A DNA stretch of 44,200 nt from an uncultured Xanthomonas sp. (GTDB taxonomy: Bacteria > Pseudomonadota > Gammaproteobacteria > Xanthomonadales > SZUA-5). Below, piece after piece: positions 8,469 through 20,562 of the stretch. The number at the start of each line of letters is the position of its first letter. The stretch's first letter is position 1. The DNA lies in assembly GCA_964561825.1 (NCBI GenBank), contig CAZLSB010000004.1, positions 1-44,200 on the forward strand, given 5' to 3'. Position numbers and translations under genes: made by a program. A model generated the notes under the pieces. The model saw nothing but the letters and a program-made list of their open reading frames with translations. It was not told the origin of the DNA and searched no databases.

Positions 8469-8649
8469 CCCGCATGTTTCATGAATTCGCGCGATGATCG
8501 CGCAGAATATTGATTGTCCAGCGGTTTTTTTTAAAGGAGCGGTGTAGTGATTCATCCTGGAAACCTCGGTGTTCATCACCCGACTGAGGAAAAATCGTTG
8601 GACAATCAATAGGCAAGCGAGGGCGCGTGCAATTCATGAAACATGCGGG
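8469..8649. mobile_element. MITE-like family D copy 2 (181 bp)
   Basis: Perfect 19-bp TIR CCCGCATGTTTCATGAATT and an internal 13-bp IR TATTGATTGTCCA (8508-8520 / 8599-8611). Aligns with 4223-4376. Confidence 0.88.
8551..8576 (+). repeat. Family C end remnant nested inside family D copy 2
   Basis: TTCAT-CCTGGAAACCTCGGTG-TTCAT is a family C TIR-like 16-mer between 5-bp direct repeats. It is absent from D copy 1. Confidence 0.65.
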
Positions 8650-8653
8650 CGTG

Positions 8654-10846
8654 CTACGCGGCGCGCGCCAACAAAAGTCGCAGGGGTTCTGGGCGGTGGT
8701 AGGCAAAACCCTGCACTGCGTCCACGCCTAATTCCTGCAGCGCGCGGCCCAAGCGCGCATCCTCGACCGATTCGGCAACCGTGCGTTTGCCGAGCACGCG
8801 GGCGATTTCTACGATGGATTTGACGATCGCCAAAGATAATTCGTTGGAGTTGAAGTCGCGTACGAAACTACCGTCAATTTTGATTATATCGACATCCAAA
8901 TCGCGAAGGTAGGCAAACGAGCATAAGCCCGTGCCAAAATCATCCAGCGCGAAGCGTAAACCCAAGGCTCTGAATTGGGAAATAAACTGGCGCGCATGAT
9001 CTAAATCACGCACCGCGCTGGTTTCGGTAATCTCCAGGCAAATTTGTTGCGGATCCACCGGACTGTCTTTCAGCCGCTGGCGCAGAAAATGCGCGTAGTC
9101 TTCATCGGCCAACGTGGATGCCGAAAGATTAATATTGAGGTGCACGCCACGCGCGCGCGGATCGGTTTCCAGCCAACGCAAACTGCGATCAATCACGTAG
9201 CGGTCAATGCGACCTGCTAGTTGGAAGCGTTCAGCTGCTGGAATAAATCGGCCCGGCAATAAAGCTTCATCGTTGACATCACGGAGCCGCAACAAGATCT
9301 CAAAAGTTTCGAAGGGCTCAGGCTTAAAAGGTAAAATGCGCTGCCCATACAGGTCGAAACGATCATGGGCGAGGGCGTCGTTAATCCGCACCACCCAGCC
9401 CATTGCCGCAGTGCGTTCCACTAAAGCGGCGTTATCTGGAGACTGCACTTGCACACGATTGCCGCCCAATTCCTTTGCCGCATAACAGGCGCAATCGGCT
9501 TGCGCCAATAGCTCCGCTACCGTGCTGCGTCGCGCGGGAAAGGGGACTAAGCCAAAACTCGCGGTCAACGCAAATACGTGATCGGCATGGGCAAAACGAA
9601 ACTCAGCGACCGCAGTGCGCATCAACTTGGCGTCCGCTTCCGCCCTAGTAATGTGCGCATCTGGCCAAATGACGCCGAATTCGTCGGCGCCTAATCGCGT
9701 TAAGACAACGTCATCTGCTAAGGTCGCGCGCATCACACTGGCGAGTTGGCGGATGGCTTCATCACCCGCGGCGTGACTGGCGGTGTCATTGACGATTTTG
9801 AATTCATCAATATCAACATAAGCGATGGCACCGCCATGTGCGATTTCCGGTCGCGCTTGCAGCAATTGCGCGAGCATTTCCTCAAAACTGGTGCGACTGG
9901 GCAGGCCGGTGAGTTTATCGGTGCGTGCGCGTTGCAACATCTCGAAGGCCGCCGCGCGCACTTGATAATTAGCAGCCGCAACCAGTTGTGGCACGATCGC
10001 CATCACTGATAGCAGCGACAACAGAATGAGACTTTCTAATAGGTCGCTCGGCGCTCGGAATCCACCCACACCCAGACCAATGAGCGACACCACGATTAAT
10101 GCAAACAGCATGGTGGCGCCAGCTGTGATGATGGGTTCAAAGCGCAGTGCGCTCCACAGCAGCAAGGTGAGCGGCATAAAGCTCAGGCCTAAGGCATAAA
10201 CGGGGCTGGCCGCGCTGGCTTTCACCACGACGAAAATGCATAACAAACTAGCCGCCACCCAGGCAGTTTTTTCGGCAAGCCCGGCAAAATCGAGTGCCAA
10301 CTCGGTCAATCGCCGGCGTTGCAAGGAACGCAATACCATCAAAATGAACGGTGTGGCCACCACGATGCCAAAGACATCGCCGCCGAACCATTTGCCCAAT
10401 GCGACGAAAAAATTATCAACGGAAATCATCCCGGAAATCAGCATTCCGGAAACGCCGATCAGCGCACTGATCGTCGCACTAATAATGCCTCCCAGCAGCA
10501 TGATAAAACCGTTGGCGACTCGTAAGCTGACCAAATCCTGCCCAGCGACGCGGCGCACAAATGCCAAGGCTAATAAGCTTGCGACGGTATTGCTGGCCAT
10601 CGAAAAAGGCAAAAACGCCCAAGGCGCCGGCGTGACCAAAAGATGGGTGAGCAAGATGCCAACCGGAATGACTGGCCACCAGCGCGGGCCGTGAAAGATC
10701 AAGACGGCGAAGGCGATGCCTGACGATGGCCAGATCAGCGTGATATCGGTAGGCAGCGACACAAAAATCACCGCGAACGCCGCTGCCGCGACGTACAAGG
10801 TCACGTAAATCGAAAAACGCAGTGCCTGGTCGCGATCGGTCCACAT
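8654..10846 (-). CDS. MASE1-GGDEF-EAL c-di-GMP signalling protein
   Basis: N-terminal transmembrane region (LIWPSSGIA, MASE1-like), DKLTGLPSR, DIDEFKIVND, a variant RLGADEF motif, and EAL-domain motifs FEILLR, EITET, LDDFGTG and IKIDGSF. Start is 10846 or 10927. Confidence 0.87.
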   Translation of the reverse strand: MWTDRDQALRFSIYVTLYVAAAAFAVIFVSLPTDITLIWPSSGIAFAVLIFHGPRWWPVIPVGILLTHLLVTPAPWAFLPFSMASNTVASLLALAFVRRVAGQDLVSLRVANGFIMLLGGIISATISALIGVSGMLISGMISVDNFFVALGKWFGGDVFGIVVATPFILMVLRSLQRRRLTELALDFAGLAEKTAWVAASLLCIFVVVKASAASPVYALGLSFMPLTLLLWSALRFEPIITAGATMLFALIVVSLIGLGVGGFRAPSDLLESLILLSLLSVMAIVPQLVAAANYQVRAAAFEMLQRARTDKLTGLPSRTSFEEMLAQLLQARPEIAHGGAIAYVDIDEFKIVNDTASHAAGDEAIRQLASVMRATLADDVVLTRLGADEFGVIWPDAHITRAEADAKLMRTAVAEFRFAHADHVFALTASFGLVPFPARRSTVAELLAQADCACYAAKELGGNRVQVQSPDNAALVERTAAMGWVVRINDALAHDRFDLYGQRILPFKPEPFETFEILLRLRDVNDEALLPGRFIPAAERFQLAGRIDRYVIDRSLRWLETDPRARGVHLNINLSASTLADEDYAHFLRQRLKDSPVDPQQICLEITETSAVRDLDHARQFISQFRALGLRFALDDFGTGLCSFAYLRDLDVDIIKIDGSFVRDFNSNELSLAIVKSIVEIARVLGKRTVAESVEDARLGRALQELGVDAVQGFAYHRPEPLRLLLARAA

Positions 10847-10988
10847 GGTGGCTGAGTGTACTTGCTCAAAGCAGACTTGTTTCGTGCGACGTCCATAATC
10901 GTTCAAATTGTTGGCGGCCTCCATCATGATGCGAGCGGAAGGCGCGCCGTGATTTGTGCTTCGCGCGCTGACAAGCGATCCTTCGCCC

Positions 10989-13117
<2,129 letters not shown>

Positions 13118-13223
13118 AAAGGCCGGTGGGTTTCGCTGTCGCAAAGAACGACGTCAAAGCGGCGTCGTCTCGGCCAGCGCGACCCGCTATGCTGCGCGCC
13201 ATCAAAACGCGGGGCTAACGCCA

Positions 13224-14264
13224 ATGAGCGGCAATACACCCATGACCTACCGGGATGCCGGGGTCGACATCGATGCGGGCAATAGTCTGGTCGAACGGAT
13301 CAAACCGGCGGTGCGCCGCACCATGCGACCGGAAGTGCTGGCCGGCGTCGGCGGTTTCGGTGCTTCGGTGCGTGTCCCACTGGAGCGCTACCGAGAGCCG
13401 GTCATGGTATCCGGCACGGATGGCGTGGGCACCAAACTCAAGCTGGCGCAGCAATTAGGTCGACATGACACCATTGGTATCGATCTGGTCGGTATGTGCG
13501 TCAATGACGTATTGGTGCAAGGCGCGGAGCCGATTTTTTTTCTCGATTATTTCGCCACCGGCAAGCTGGATGTCGATGTCGCCGCCGCCGTCGTCGCCGG
13601 TATTGCACAGGGTTGCGAGCAATCGGGCTGCGCGCTCGTCGGCGGTGAAACCGCTGAAATGCCCGATATGTATCCGCCTGGCGAATACGATTTGGCCGGT
13701 TTTTGTGTGGGCTTGGTGGAACGTTCGAAAATGCTCGATGGCAGCGCGGTGCGCGCCGGCCAGCGTTTGCTCGGCATAGCCAGTTCCGGGCCGCATTCGA
13801 ATGGTTATTCGTTGATTCGCAAAATTATTAGCCGCGCACAGGCCGATCTTAACCAGCAGATCGATGGCCAAAGCTTGGGCGATTTGCTGATGGCGCCGAC
13901 CCAGCTGTACGTGAAGCCGGTGCTGAGTTTGTTGGCCGATCTGCCGATCGCCGCGATGGCGCATATCACCGGTGGTGGCTTGAGCGAAAACATTATTCGC
14001 GTGGTACCGCAAGGATTGGCGATTCACGTGGACAGTCAATGCTGGCCAGAGCCGCCGGTGTTCCAATGGCTGATGCAGGCGGGCCAAGTGGCGCGCAGCG
14101 AAATGTGGCGCACCTTTAACTGCGGCATCGGATTTGTGCTGATCCTGCCGGCAGACGTGGTCGCTGACGCGGTTGAGCGCCTGCGCGTGCAGGGATTGGC
14201 CGCTTACGATATCGGCAGCGTGGTGGAGCATGGCGCACAGGACGAACGTGTCCGCATCGTCTGA
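13224..14264 (+). CDS. purM: Phosphoribosylformylglycinamidine cyclo-ligase
   Basis: Motifs [39 protein letters not shown] and HITGGG. Confidence 0.96.
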   Translation: MSGNTPMTYRDAGVDIDAGNSLVERIKPAVRRTMRPEVLAGVGGFGASVRVPLERYREPVMVSGTDGVGTKLKLAQQLGRHDTIGIDLVGMCVNDVLVQGAEPIFFLDYFATGKLDVDVAAAVVAGIAQGCEQSGCALVGGETAEMPDMYPPGEYDLAGFCVGLVERSKMLDGSAVRAGQRLLGIASSGPHSNGYSLIRKIISRAQADLNQQIDGQSLGDLLMAPTQLYVKPVLSLLADLPIAAMAHITGGGLSENIIRVVPQGLAIHVDSQCWPEPPVFQWLMQAGQVARSEMWRTFNCGIGFVLILPADVVADAVERLRVQGLAAYDIGSVVEHGAQDERVRIV

Positions 14265-14907
14265 GTCTGGCCGGCTCAAAGTTGCCGTTCTGCTATCCGG
14301 CCGCGGTAGCAACCTGGCTGCGTTGATTGGCGCAGCGGCGCGCGATTTGCCGATTGAAATTGTGGGCGTCTTCGCCGACCGCGCCGACGCGCAAGGCTTG
14401 CAGCGCGCCATGCAAGCAGGAATTTACGCACGCAGTTTTAGTCCGAAGGACTATGCGGACAAAGCGACATTTGAGGCTGCCTTGTTTGCCGCCGTTGCCA
14501 TAAGCGGGGCCGAGTTAGTGATTCTGGCCGGATTCATGCGCGTGCTCAGCGCAGCAACGGTAGAAGCTTGGCGCGGGCGCTTGATCAATATTCATCCATC
14601 CTTGTTGCCCAACTATCCTGGATTGCACACCCATCAGCGCGCACTGGACGCCGGCGACGCGCAACATGGCGCCAGCGTGCACTTTGTGACCGCGGTGTTA
14701 GACAGCGGTCCGGTACTAATGCAAGTGCAGGTTGCAATTCAGAGCGACGACAGCGCCGAAAGCTTGAGCGCGCACTTATTGCCCGAAGAACATCGATTAA
14801 TGGTCGCCAGCGTTCGTTTGTTTGCTGATCGGCGGGTGCGATTGTTGGATAATGAGATTGAATTGGACGGTCAAATTTTGCGCGAGCCGCTTATTTTGGG
14901 TCCTTAG
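14248..14907 (+). CDS. purN: Phosphoribosylglycinamide formyltransferase
   Basis: Motifs [28 protein letters not shown] and HGASVHFVT. Start approximate (GTG 14248). Confidence 0.94.
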   Translation: MSASSESGRLKVAVLLSGRGSNLAALIGAAARDLPIEIVGVFADRADAQGLQRAMQAGIYARSFSPKDYADKATFEAALFAAVAISGAELVILAGFMRVLSAATVEAWRGRLINIHPSLLPNYPGLHTHQRALDAGDAQHGASVHFVTAVLDSGPVLMQVQVAIQSDDSAESLSAHLLPEEHRLMVASVRLFADRRVRLLDNEIELDGQILREPLILGP

Positions 14908-14948
14908 GGCCGGCGAGCAAAAAGTCCAAGTTATTGACGAACGAGCCC
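14907..14948 (+). mobile_element. Collapsed family B element (42 bp) at the purN stop codon
   Basis: 14909-14948 is 39/40 identical to 8397-8436. Bounded by TA-GGGC...GCCC-TA. Confidence 0.85.
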
Positions 14949-14969
14949 TAACAGCGGCGAACCGCTTTT

Positions 14970-14990
14970 GGAGCGGAGCTTGCTCCGCTG
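14970..14990 (+). repeat. REP-like palindrome
   Basis: GGAGCGGAGCTTGCTCCGCTG, with related copies at 19512-19531 and 29380-29403. Confidence 0.65.
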
Positions 14991-15063
14991 CCCTGCTCGT
15001 AAGCGCCCATTCATGCGTCAAAGGCTGCAATGCGCGTCCATCTAGATTCTGGTGAGCCCCTTG

Positions 15064-15777
15064 ATGATGATGAAGAAGTTGGTGTCTGCTCTCGCCGTGC
15101 TGCTGACCGCCTCGATTGCTGGTGCGACCGGCATCGAGCCCTTCCAAGCTGATTTCACGGTCAGTCGCAATGGCAAGGATCTCGGTGCGATGAAAATGCA
15201 GCTGAGCAAAGCGGCGCCGGGTGAACTGCTATTTGTCAGTCGCACTGAAGGTACCAAGGGATTGGCTAGCTGGTTAGGTGTCACGATCGAAGAACGCTCG
15301 GAGCTCAGCTTGACTGAAGCGGGTTTAAGCACGCGCAGCTATCGTTATGTACAAGATATGGTGGGCCGTCATCTTGAGCGCGAACTCAAGCTGATGCCGG
15401 AAGGCAAAGTAAGTGAAAAAGATGGCGATAAATCATGGACCTACAAGGCGGATCGCGCCATTTTGGATCGCCACTCGGTGGTATTAGGCATCGCCGCCAA
15501 ACTGCGCGCGGGCGTTGATGCGGGTGCGGTGTTTGATTTGCGTGTGGCGAGCAAAGGCCTGTCCGAAAATTGGCGATTTTTGATCGTCGGTGACGAAGAG
15601 ATCGAAACCGGCAATGGCACGGTAGCCACTGTGCGCGTCGAGCGCGTGCGTGAAAATTCCGACCGCAAAACCATCAGTTGGCACGCCCTGCAATACAACT
15701 ATCTGCCAGTCAAGGTTGAGCAGGTCGAACCCGATGGCGAACGCTTGGTCAGCCTGCTGAAACACTTCGCGGAGTAG
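15064..15777 (+). CDS. Exported protein, DUF3108-like
   Basis: Signal peptide (MKKLVSALAVLLTASIAGA), C-terminal EEIETGNG...RVER...W....YLPVKVEQ pattern, and position after purN. Confidence 0.65.
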   Translation: MMMKKLVSALAVLLTASIAGATGIEPFQADFTVSRNGKDLGAMKMQLSKAAPGELLFVSRTEGTKGLASWLGVTIEERSELSLTEAGLSTRSYRYVQDMVGRHLERELKLMPEGKVSEKDGDKSWTYKADRAILDRHSVVLGIAAKLRAGVDAGAVFDLRVASKGLSENWRFLIVGDEEIETGNGTVATVRVERVRENSDRKTISWHALQYNYLPVKVEQVEPDGERLVSLLKHFAE

Positions 15778-15897
15778 GCGCGCTCGGCTCTCCCATAGCG
15801 CCAAAATAAGCAGTCTAGCCGCAATGTTATGATGCCGAACCGTTCGACCATGCATCCCGCCGTCTGACATTGGTCGCGGCCCACAAGAGTTAAGCCA

Positions 15898-18800
15898 ATG
15901 CGCCTTGCCACTGTCAAACTGGCTGGGTTCAAGTCCTTCGTTGATCTAACGACCTTGCACCTGCCCACCAATATGACCGCTGTTGTCGGGCCAAATGGCT
16001 GTGGCAAGTCCAATATCATTGATGCGGTCAAGTGGGTATTGGGTGAATCGGCCGCTAGTCGTTTGCGCGGCGATTCCATGACGGACGTTATTTTTAATGG
16101 CACCACGCAGCGTAAACCGGTCGGACAGGCCTCCGTCGAGCTGATTTTCGATAACTCTGACGCCAGCATTTTGGGCGAATACGCGGCCTATAATGAGATT
16201 TCGGTGCGCCGGGTGGTGGGTCGCGACGGCCAGTCGCAATATTGGTTGAATGGCACTAAATGTCGTCGTCGCGATGTAACTGATCTCTTTCTCGGCACCG
16301 GGTTGGGGCCACGCTCTTACGCGATTATCGAACAGGGCATGATTTCGCAGATTGTCGAGGCGGCGCCAGATGATATGCGTGTGCACTTGGAAGAAGCGGC
16401 GGGCATTTCAAAGTACAAAGAGCGCCGCAAGGAAACCGAGTCGCGCATGCGCGCCACGCGCGAGAACTTGGAGCGTTTGAAGGACGTCAGTGATGAGGTG
16501 GACAAACAACTCGAACATTTGCGCAGACAGGCCAAACAGGCCGAGCGTTGGACCGAGTTGCGCGCCGAGCAGCGTAAAGTGGATGCCGAGGTCAAAACCT
16601 TAGGTTGGCGCGGACTGGCTCAGCAGTTGGACGCTGAAATGGCCAAACTCAAACAAACGCAGTTGTTGGTCGAACAGTTGGCGGCCGATCAAGCGCGCAA
16701 CGAAGCGGAAATGGAAGCGGCGCGCAGCCAGCACTCTGACGCCGCCGAAGCGTTTCGCGTGGTGCAGGCCGAGCACTATCAAGTGGGCGCCGAAATCGCG
16801 CGCGTCGAGCAGCAGCTGAGTTTTCGCCGTGACACGGTGACGCGCTTGCAACGTGAGTTAGTCGAAGCGGCCGCGCAGCGTAGCCATTTGGACGAACAAT
16901 TGCGCCTCGATCGCGATCAACAAGCGATGTTGCAACAAGCTCTGCAACGTGAAGAGCCACGTTTGGCCGCGTTGGCAGATGCCGCTGCCGATCGCAGCGA
17001 GGCCTTGGCCGCGGCTGAAGCGGCATTGGCGGTTTGGCAAACACGCACTGATTTGTTGAATCGCGGTGCCAGTGAAGCGACCAAAGCCGCCGAGGTGGAG
17101 CGCACCCGCATTGATCTGCTCGATCGACAGGTCCATCAAGCGCTCAAGCGGCGTGAAATTCTCGATTCCGAAACCACCATGTTGTCGGCGCGTGGCAGCG
17201 CCGATGAACTACGCGCGCTGCGCGAAGGTCTGCAAATCGAGGAAGAAACGGTCGAGACGCTGTCGATCGAACTCGATACGCGCAAGGCCGCATTGGCCAG
17301 CGCCGAACAAGCGCAACGTGGCATGCAAACGCAGCTTAACCAAGAACGCCAGCAGTTGAGCGCCGCGCGCGGGCGTCTGGCGTCACTGGAAGCGCTACAA
17401 CACGCCGCTTTGGGTGAAGATAAACGCGATTTGACTGCGTGGTTGGCGCGCCACGGTTTGCAACACGCGCCGCGTTTGGGCGCCTTGCTGAATGTCGATC
17501 CAGGTTGGGAATTTGCGGTGGAAACCGCGCTCGGCATGGCGCTCGAGGCCATTGTCATTGATGCGGCGATGAGCCGTGACGTGGACCTCGCCAGTTTGCC
17601 CAAGGGTGTGTTGACGCTGGTCGATGCGCAGCGCGATGGTCCGGCGGCTGATCCCGCGACCCTGGCGGCGAAAGTGCGTGGACCCGCCGCGCTGGCGACT
17701 TGGTTGGGAAGTATTCGCACCGCCAACGACGCGCAAGGCGCCCGCGAGGTGGCGGGCAGTTTGGCAGCCCATCAGAGCGCGATCAGCGCCGATGGGCATT
17801 GGTTTGGCCCTGGTTGGCGGCGTATTGATCGTGGCGTGCAGGGTCACGAAGGCGTCATTCAGCGCGGCCGTGAAATCGAAGCGCTAAAACAGCGGGCGGA
17901 GCAGGGTGATGAGCGCATCGCCGAACTCGAAGAGGCACAAGCGCGCAGCCGTAGCGCGCTGGCGGACGCCGACAAAGCGCGTGAACTGGCGCAAACCGGG
18001 CTGTACGCGGCGCATCGTAAGCTGGCCGATTTGGGTGGTCGGGTGCGCAGTCATGAAGGCAAGGTGGAACAAGAACGCCAGCGCCGTGAAGCGATCGCCC
18101 GCGAGCGCGAGCAGATTGGTGAACACATCATGGCTGGTGAGCAACAGAGCCGCGAAGCACGGGGCAAGTTGAACGGCGAAATGCTGCGCTTGGAAACGCT
18201 GTCCGAAGACCGCGAACAGCTAGACAGCGAGCGTTTACGGCTGACGCAAGCGCGCGAGAGCGCGCGCAGCGGTGCGCGTGAGGCGCAAGAAGGCGAGCGC
18301 CAATTGGCGCTTTCGGTGGAATCTAAACGCACGGCGGCACGTTCGCTGGCTGCAGCGATTGCCCGCATTGACGCGCAGCTTGGCCAGTTGGGCCAACGTC
18401 GCGAGCAGTTGGAGGCGCAACTGGCGGATGCGCAAGGGCCCTTGCCCAAGCTCGCCGAGGAGCTGCGATTGCATTTGGATCAACGCGTTATCGTTGATCA
18501 GCGGTTGAGCGGCGCGCGCCAATTGTTAGAGCACCTCGACCAGCGTTTACGCAAACATGATTTTGAGCGCCAACGGGTCGATCACCAATTGGCTCAGGCC
18601 CGCGACAAGCGCGGCCAAGCGCAGCTCAGCGAACAAGCGATTCGCATCAAGGCCGAAGCCTTGGAAGCGGCCTTGCAAGCGGAAGGATTTGAGCGTGACA
18701 CGGTACTCGCGGAGTTGAACCCAGATGCCACATTGCCGGTTTGGGAAGCGCGCTTGAGTGATCTGGAGGTGCGCATCAAGCGTTTGGAACCGGTCAATCT

Positions 18801-19401
18801 GGCGGCTATTGCCGAACTTGAGGAACAATCGCAGCGCAAGTCCTATTTGGATGCCCAGCATGCTGATCTCACCGAGGCCTTGGAAACTTTGGACGATGCC
18901 ATTCGCAAAATCGATCGGGAGACACGCACGCGTTTTAAAGAAACTTTCGATCGCGTCAACGTGGGCGTGCAGGAGCTATTCCCGCGTTTGTTTGGCGGCG
19001 GGCACGCCTATTTGGAGCTCACCGGCGAAGACTTGTTGTCCACCGGCGTCAATATCATCGCCAGGCCACCAGGGAAAAAACCAGCCAGCATTGGTTTGTT
19101 ATCGGGTGGCGAAAAAGCGCTCACCGCGGTGGCACTGGTTTTCTCGATTTTCCGTCTGAACCCTGCGCCGTTCTGTCTGCTCGACGAGGTCGACGCGCCG
19201 CTGGATGAAGCCAATGTCGGGCGCTTCAGCCAAATGGTGGTCGAAATGAGCAAAAGCGTGCAGTTTTTGGTGGTCTCGCACAACAAAGTCACGATGGAAG
19301 CCGCCAGTCAGCTCGCCGGCGTGACCATGCGCGAGCCCGGCGTATCGCGTTTGGTCAGCGTGGATTTGGCCGAGGCGACGCGTTTGACGCAGGCGGCATA
19401 A
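15898..19401 (+). CDS. smc: Chromosome segregation protein SMC
   Basis: 1167 aa with GFKSF, Walker A GPNGCGKSN, coiled coils and hinge, LSGGEK and LDEVDAPLD. Confidence 0.96.
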   Translation: MRLATVKLAGFKSFVDLTTLHLPTNMTAVVGPNGCGKSNIIDAVKWVLGESAASRLRGDSMTDVIFNGTTQRKPVGQASVELIFDNSDASILGEYAAYNEISVRRVVGRDGQSQYWLNGTKCRRRDVTDLFLGTGLGPRSYAIIEQGMISQIVEAAPDDMRVHLEEAAGISKYKERRKETESRMRATRENLERLKDVSDEVDKQLEHLRRQAKQAERWTELRAEQRKVDAEVKTLGWRGLAQQLDAEMAKLKQTQLLVEQLAADQARNEAEMEAARSQHSDAAEAFRVVQAEHYQVGAEIARVEQQLSFRRDTVTRLQRELVEAAAQRSHLDEQLRLDRDQQAMLQQALQREEPRLAALADAAADRSEALAAAEAALAVWQTRTDLLNRGASEATKAAEVERTRIDLLDRQVHQALKRREILDSETTMLSARGSADELRALREGLQIEEETVETLSIELDTRKAALASAEQAQRGMQTQLNQERQQLSAARGRLASLEALQHAALGEDKRDLTAWLARHGLQHAPRLGALLNVDPGWEFAVETALGMALEAIVIDAAMSRDVDLASLPKGVLTLVDAQRDGPAADPATLAAKVRGPAALATWLGSIRTANDAQGAREVAGSLAAHQSAISADGHWFGPGWRRIDRGVQGHEGVIQRGREIEALKQRAEQGDERIAELEEAQARSRSALADADKARELAQTGLYAAHRKLADLGGRVRSHEGKVEQERQRREAIAREREQIGEHIMAGEQQSREARGKLNGEMLRLETLSEDREQLDSERLRLTQARESARSGAREAQEGERQLALSVESKRTAARSLAAAIARIDAQLGQLGQRREQLEAQLADAQGPLPKLAEELRLHLDQRVIVDQRLSGARQLLEHLDQRLRKHDFERQRVDHQLAQARDKRGQAQLSEQAIRIKAEALEAALQAEGFERDTVLAELNPDATLPVWEARLSDLEVRIKRLEPVNLAAIAELEEQSQRKSYLDAQHADLTEALETLDDAIRKIDRETRTRFKETFDRVNVGVQELFPRLFGGGHAYLELTGEDLLSTGVNIIARPPGKKPASIGLLSGGEKALTAVALVFSIFRLNPAPFCLLDEVDAPLDEANVGRFSQMVVEMSKSVQFLVVSHNKVTMEAASQLAGVTMREPGVSRLVSVDLAEATRLTQAA

Positions 19402-19511
19402 CAGCGCCCGCTCAGGCCAAGTTTGCATCACGCGAACAAGTCAAAGCACACGCGTTTGCACATGTCCAAACCCACAAACAGCGGCATCGCCGCGGCAACC
19501 TCAAAAAGGCG

Positions 19512-19531
19512 GCGGAGCCGAGCTCCGCTAC
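19512..19531 (-). repeat. REP-like palindrome with a 5' GTAG
   Basis: The minus strand reads GTAGCGGAGCTCGGCTCCGC followed by CGCCTTTTT. It lies between converging genes and may also act as a terminator. Confidence 0.65.
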
Positions 19532-19555
19532 CCAATCAAAAGCGGCGCAAACGCT

Positions 19556-19885
19556 TCAGCGCCCCGCCATATCCTTGAGCTTGGACTTGTTGCTAGCAAA
19601 ATAGGCCGCTAAATCGGCGATGTCTTGTTCGCTTAAGGTGCCGGCGAAGCCTTGCATGATGACGTTGACGCGCTCGCCGGAGCGGTATTTTTTCAGTGAT
19701 TGTTCAAGATAGTCCGCATATTGGCCGGCGATGATCGGATATTGGGGATCACCCACGCCGTTGCCGTCGACGCCATGGCAAGCTTGACAGACCTTGGACA
19801 ACTCCAAACCGCGCCCAGCGCTGCCAGCATTAGCGCTTGCTGCGCACAGCAGACTTAAGGCCACAAAAAACACTCGGATATTCAT
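19556..19885 (-). CDS. Monoheme cytochrome c (c553/c4-like)
   Basis: Start MNIRV (19885), signal peptide, CQACH, YPIIAGQ, distal Met in IMQGF. Confidence 0.88.
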   Translation of the reverse strand: MNIRVFFVALSLLCAASANAGSAGRGLELSKVCQACHGVDGNGVGDPQYPIIAGQYADYLEQSLKKYRSGERVNVIMQGFAGTLSEQDIADLAAYFASNKSKLKDMAGR

Positions 19886-19896
19886 CGTACAGGCCT

Positions 19897-20226
19897 TCAC
19901 GGAGTTGGGGTGGCGGACAGGAACGCAGAGATATCGGCGATATCTTGAGCACTCATACTTTCTGCTTGCGCCGCCATAGTGGGGTGTTTGCGTGTGCCGG
20001 CCTGATAGGCCGTGAGTGCGGCGACCAAATATGCGTAGTTTTGACCAGAAATTCGCGGAACCCGATAACTCGGGTACACGTTCATATAGCCGGTAATGCC
20101 GTGGCAGCCAGTGCAAGTGTAGGCTATGCGCTTGCCGGTTTCGGCGTTGCCGGTGGTCTGCGCGCTAGCTGCCACAGGCGCCAAAAAAGCCATGCAAAGC
20201 AGCCCTGCAAGTGTATTCGACCTCAT
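19897..20226 (-). CDS. Monoheme cytochrome c (c553/c4-like)
   Basis: Signal peptide, CTGCHG, VPRISGQ and HPTM. Confidence 0.88.
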   Translation of the reverse strand: MRSNTLAGLLCMAFLAPVAASAQTTGNAETGKRIAYTCTGCHGITGYMNVYPSYRVPRISGQNYAYLVAALTAYQAGTRKHPTMAAQAESMSAQDIADISAFLSATPTP

Positions 20227-20338
20227 TCAAGCATCCCCGGTTGCGTTGCCCGCGTCGGGTCGACGCGAGCGATGATAAAGGCCACGGATTATGCCGAGCG
20301 CCGTTGGCCCGGTCCATGCCTATAGAGATTACGGTAGT

Positions 20339-20396
20339 CCTAGCCGCCTGTCGGACTTTCAGCGCACTCGCGAGGAAAGTCCGACAGGCTGCTAGG
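20339..20396 (-). mobile_element. Collapsed family A element (58 bp, ends only)
   Basis: CCTAGCCGCCTGTCGGACTTTC-AGCGCACTCGCGAG-GAAAGTCCGACAGGCTGCTAGG. The right part is the reverse complement of the left end of the 5904 copy. Confidence 0.88.
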
Positions 20397-20562
20397 ACTC
20401 GCTGCTAGCCACCCTTGTTTCAGCGGTGACTTGTGGCGGGGGCTGTGCCGTATATAAGTGTCGATACTTCCGACGATTGACCCAGACGCCATGACTTCCG
20501 GGACTTCTGCTACAGCGACCTAGTGTCATAGCTTACCAACACACCTGAGTAGAGCACTAACG

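Noticed and set aside
5904-8649. Assigning MITE families A-D to named IS families
   Set aside because: There is no transposase in the window. The ends and duplications are compatible with several DDE families, so an ISfinder search is needed.
15898-19401. SMC as a Wadjet/MksB or other defence SMC
   Set aside because: It has canonical housekeeping SMC motifs and length, with no kleisin, KITE or nuclease partner genes adjacent.
19556-20226. Two monoheme cytochromes as a broken diheme c4 gene
   Set aside because: Each has its own signal peptide, CxxCH and stop, and the second has a GGAG RBS. They look like a normal tandem pair.
20450-20467. GTAT-N10-ATAC as a GntR-type operator upstream of the efflux operon
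   Set aside because: The arms are only 4 bp and no regulator gene is in the window, so it cannot be told from chance.
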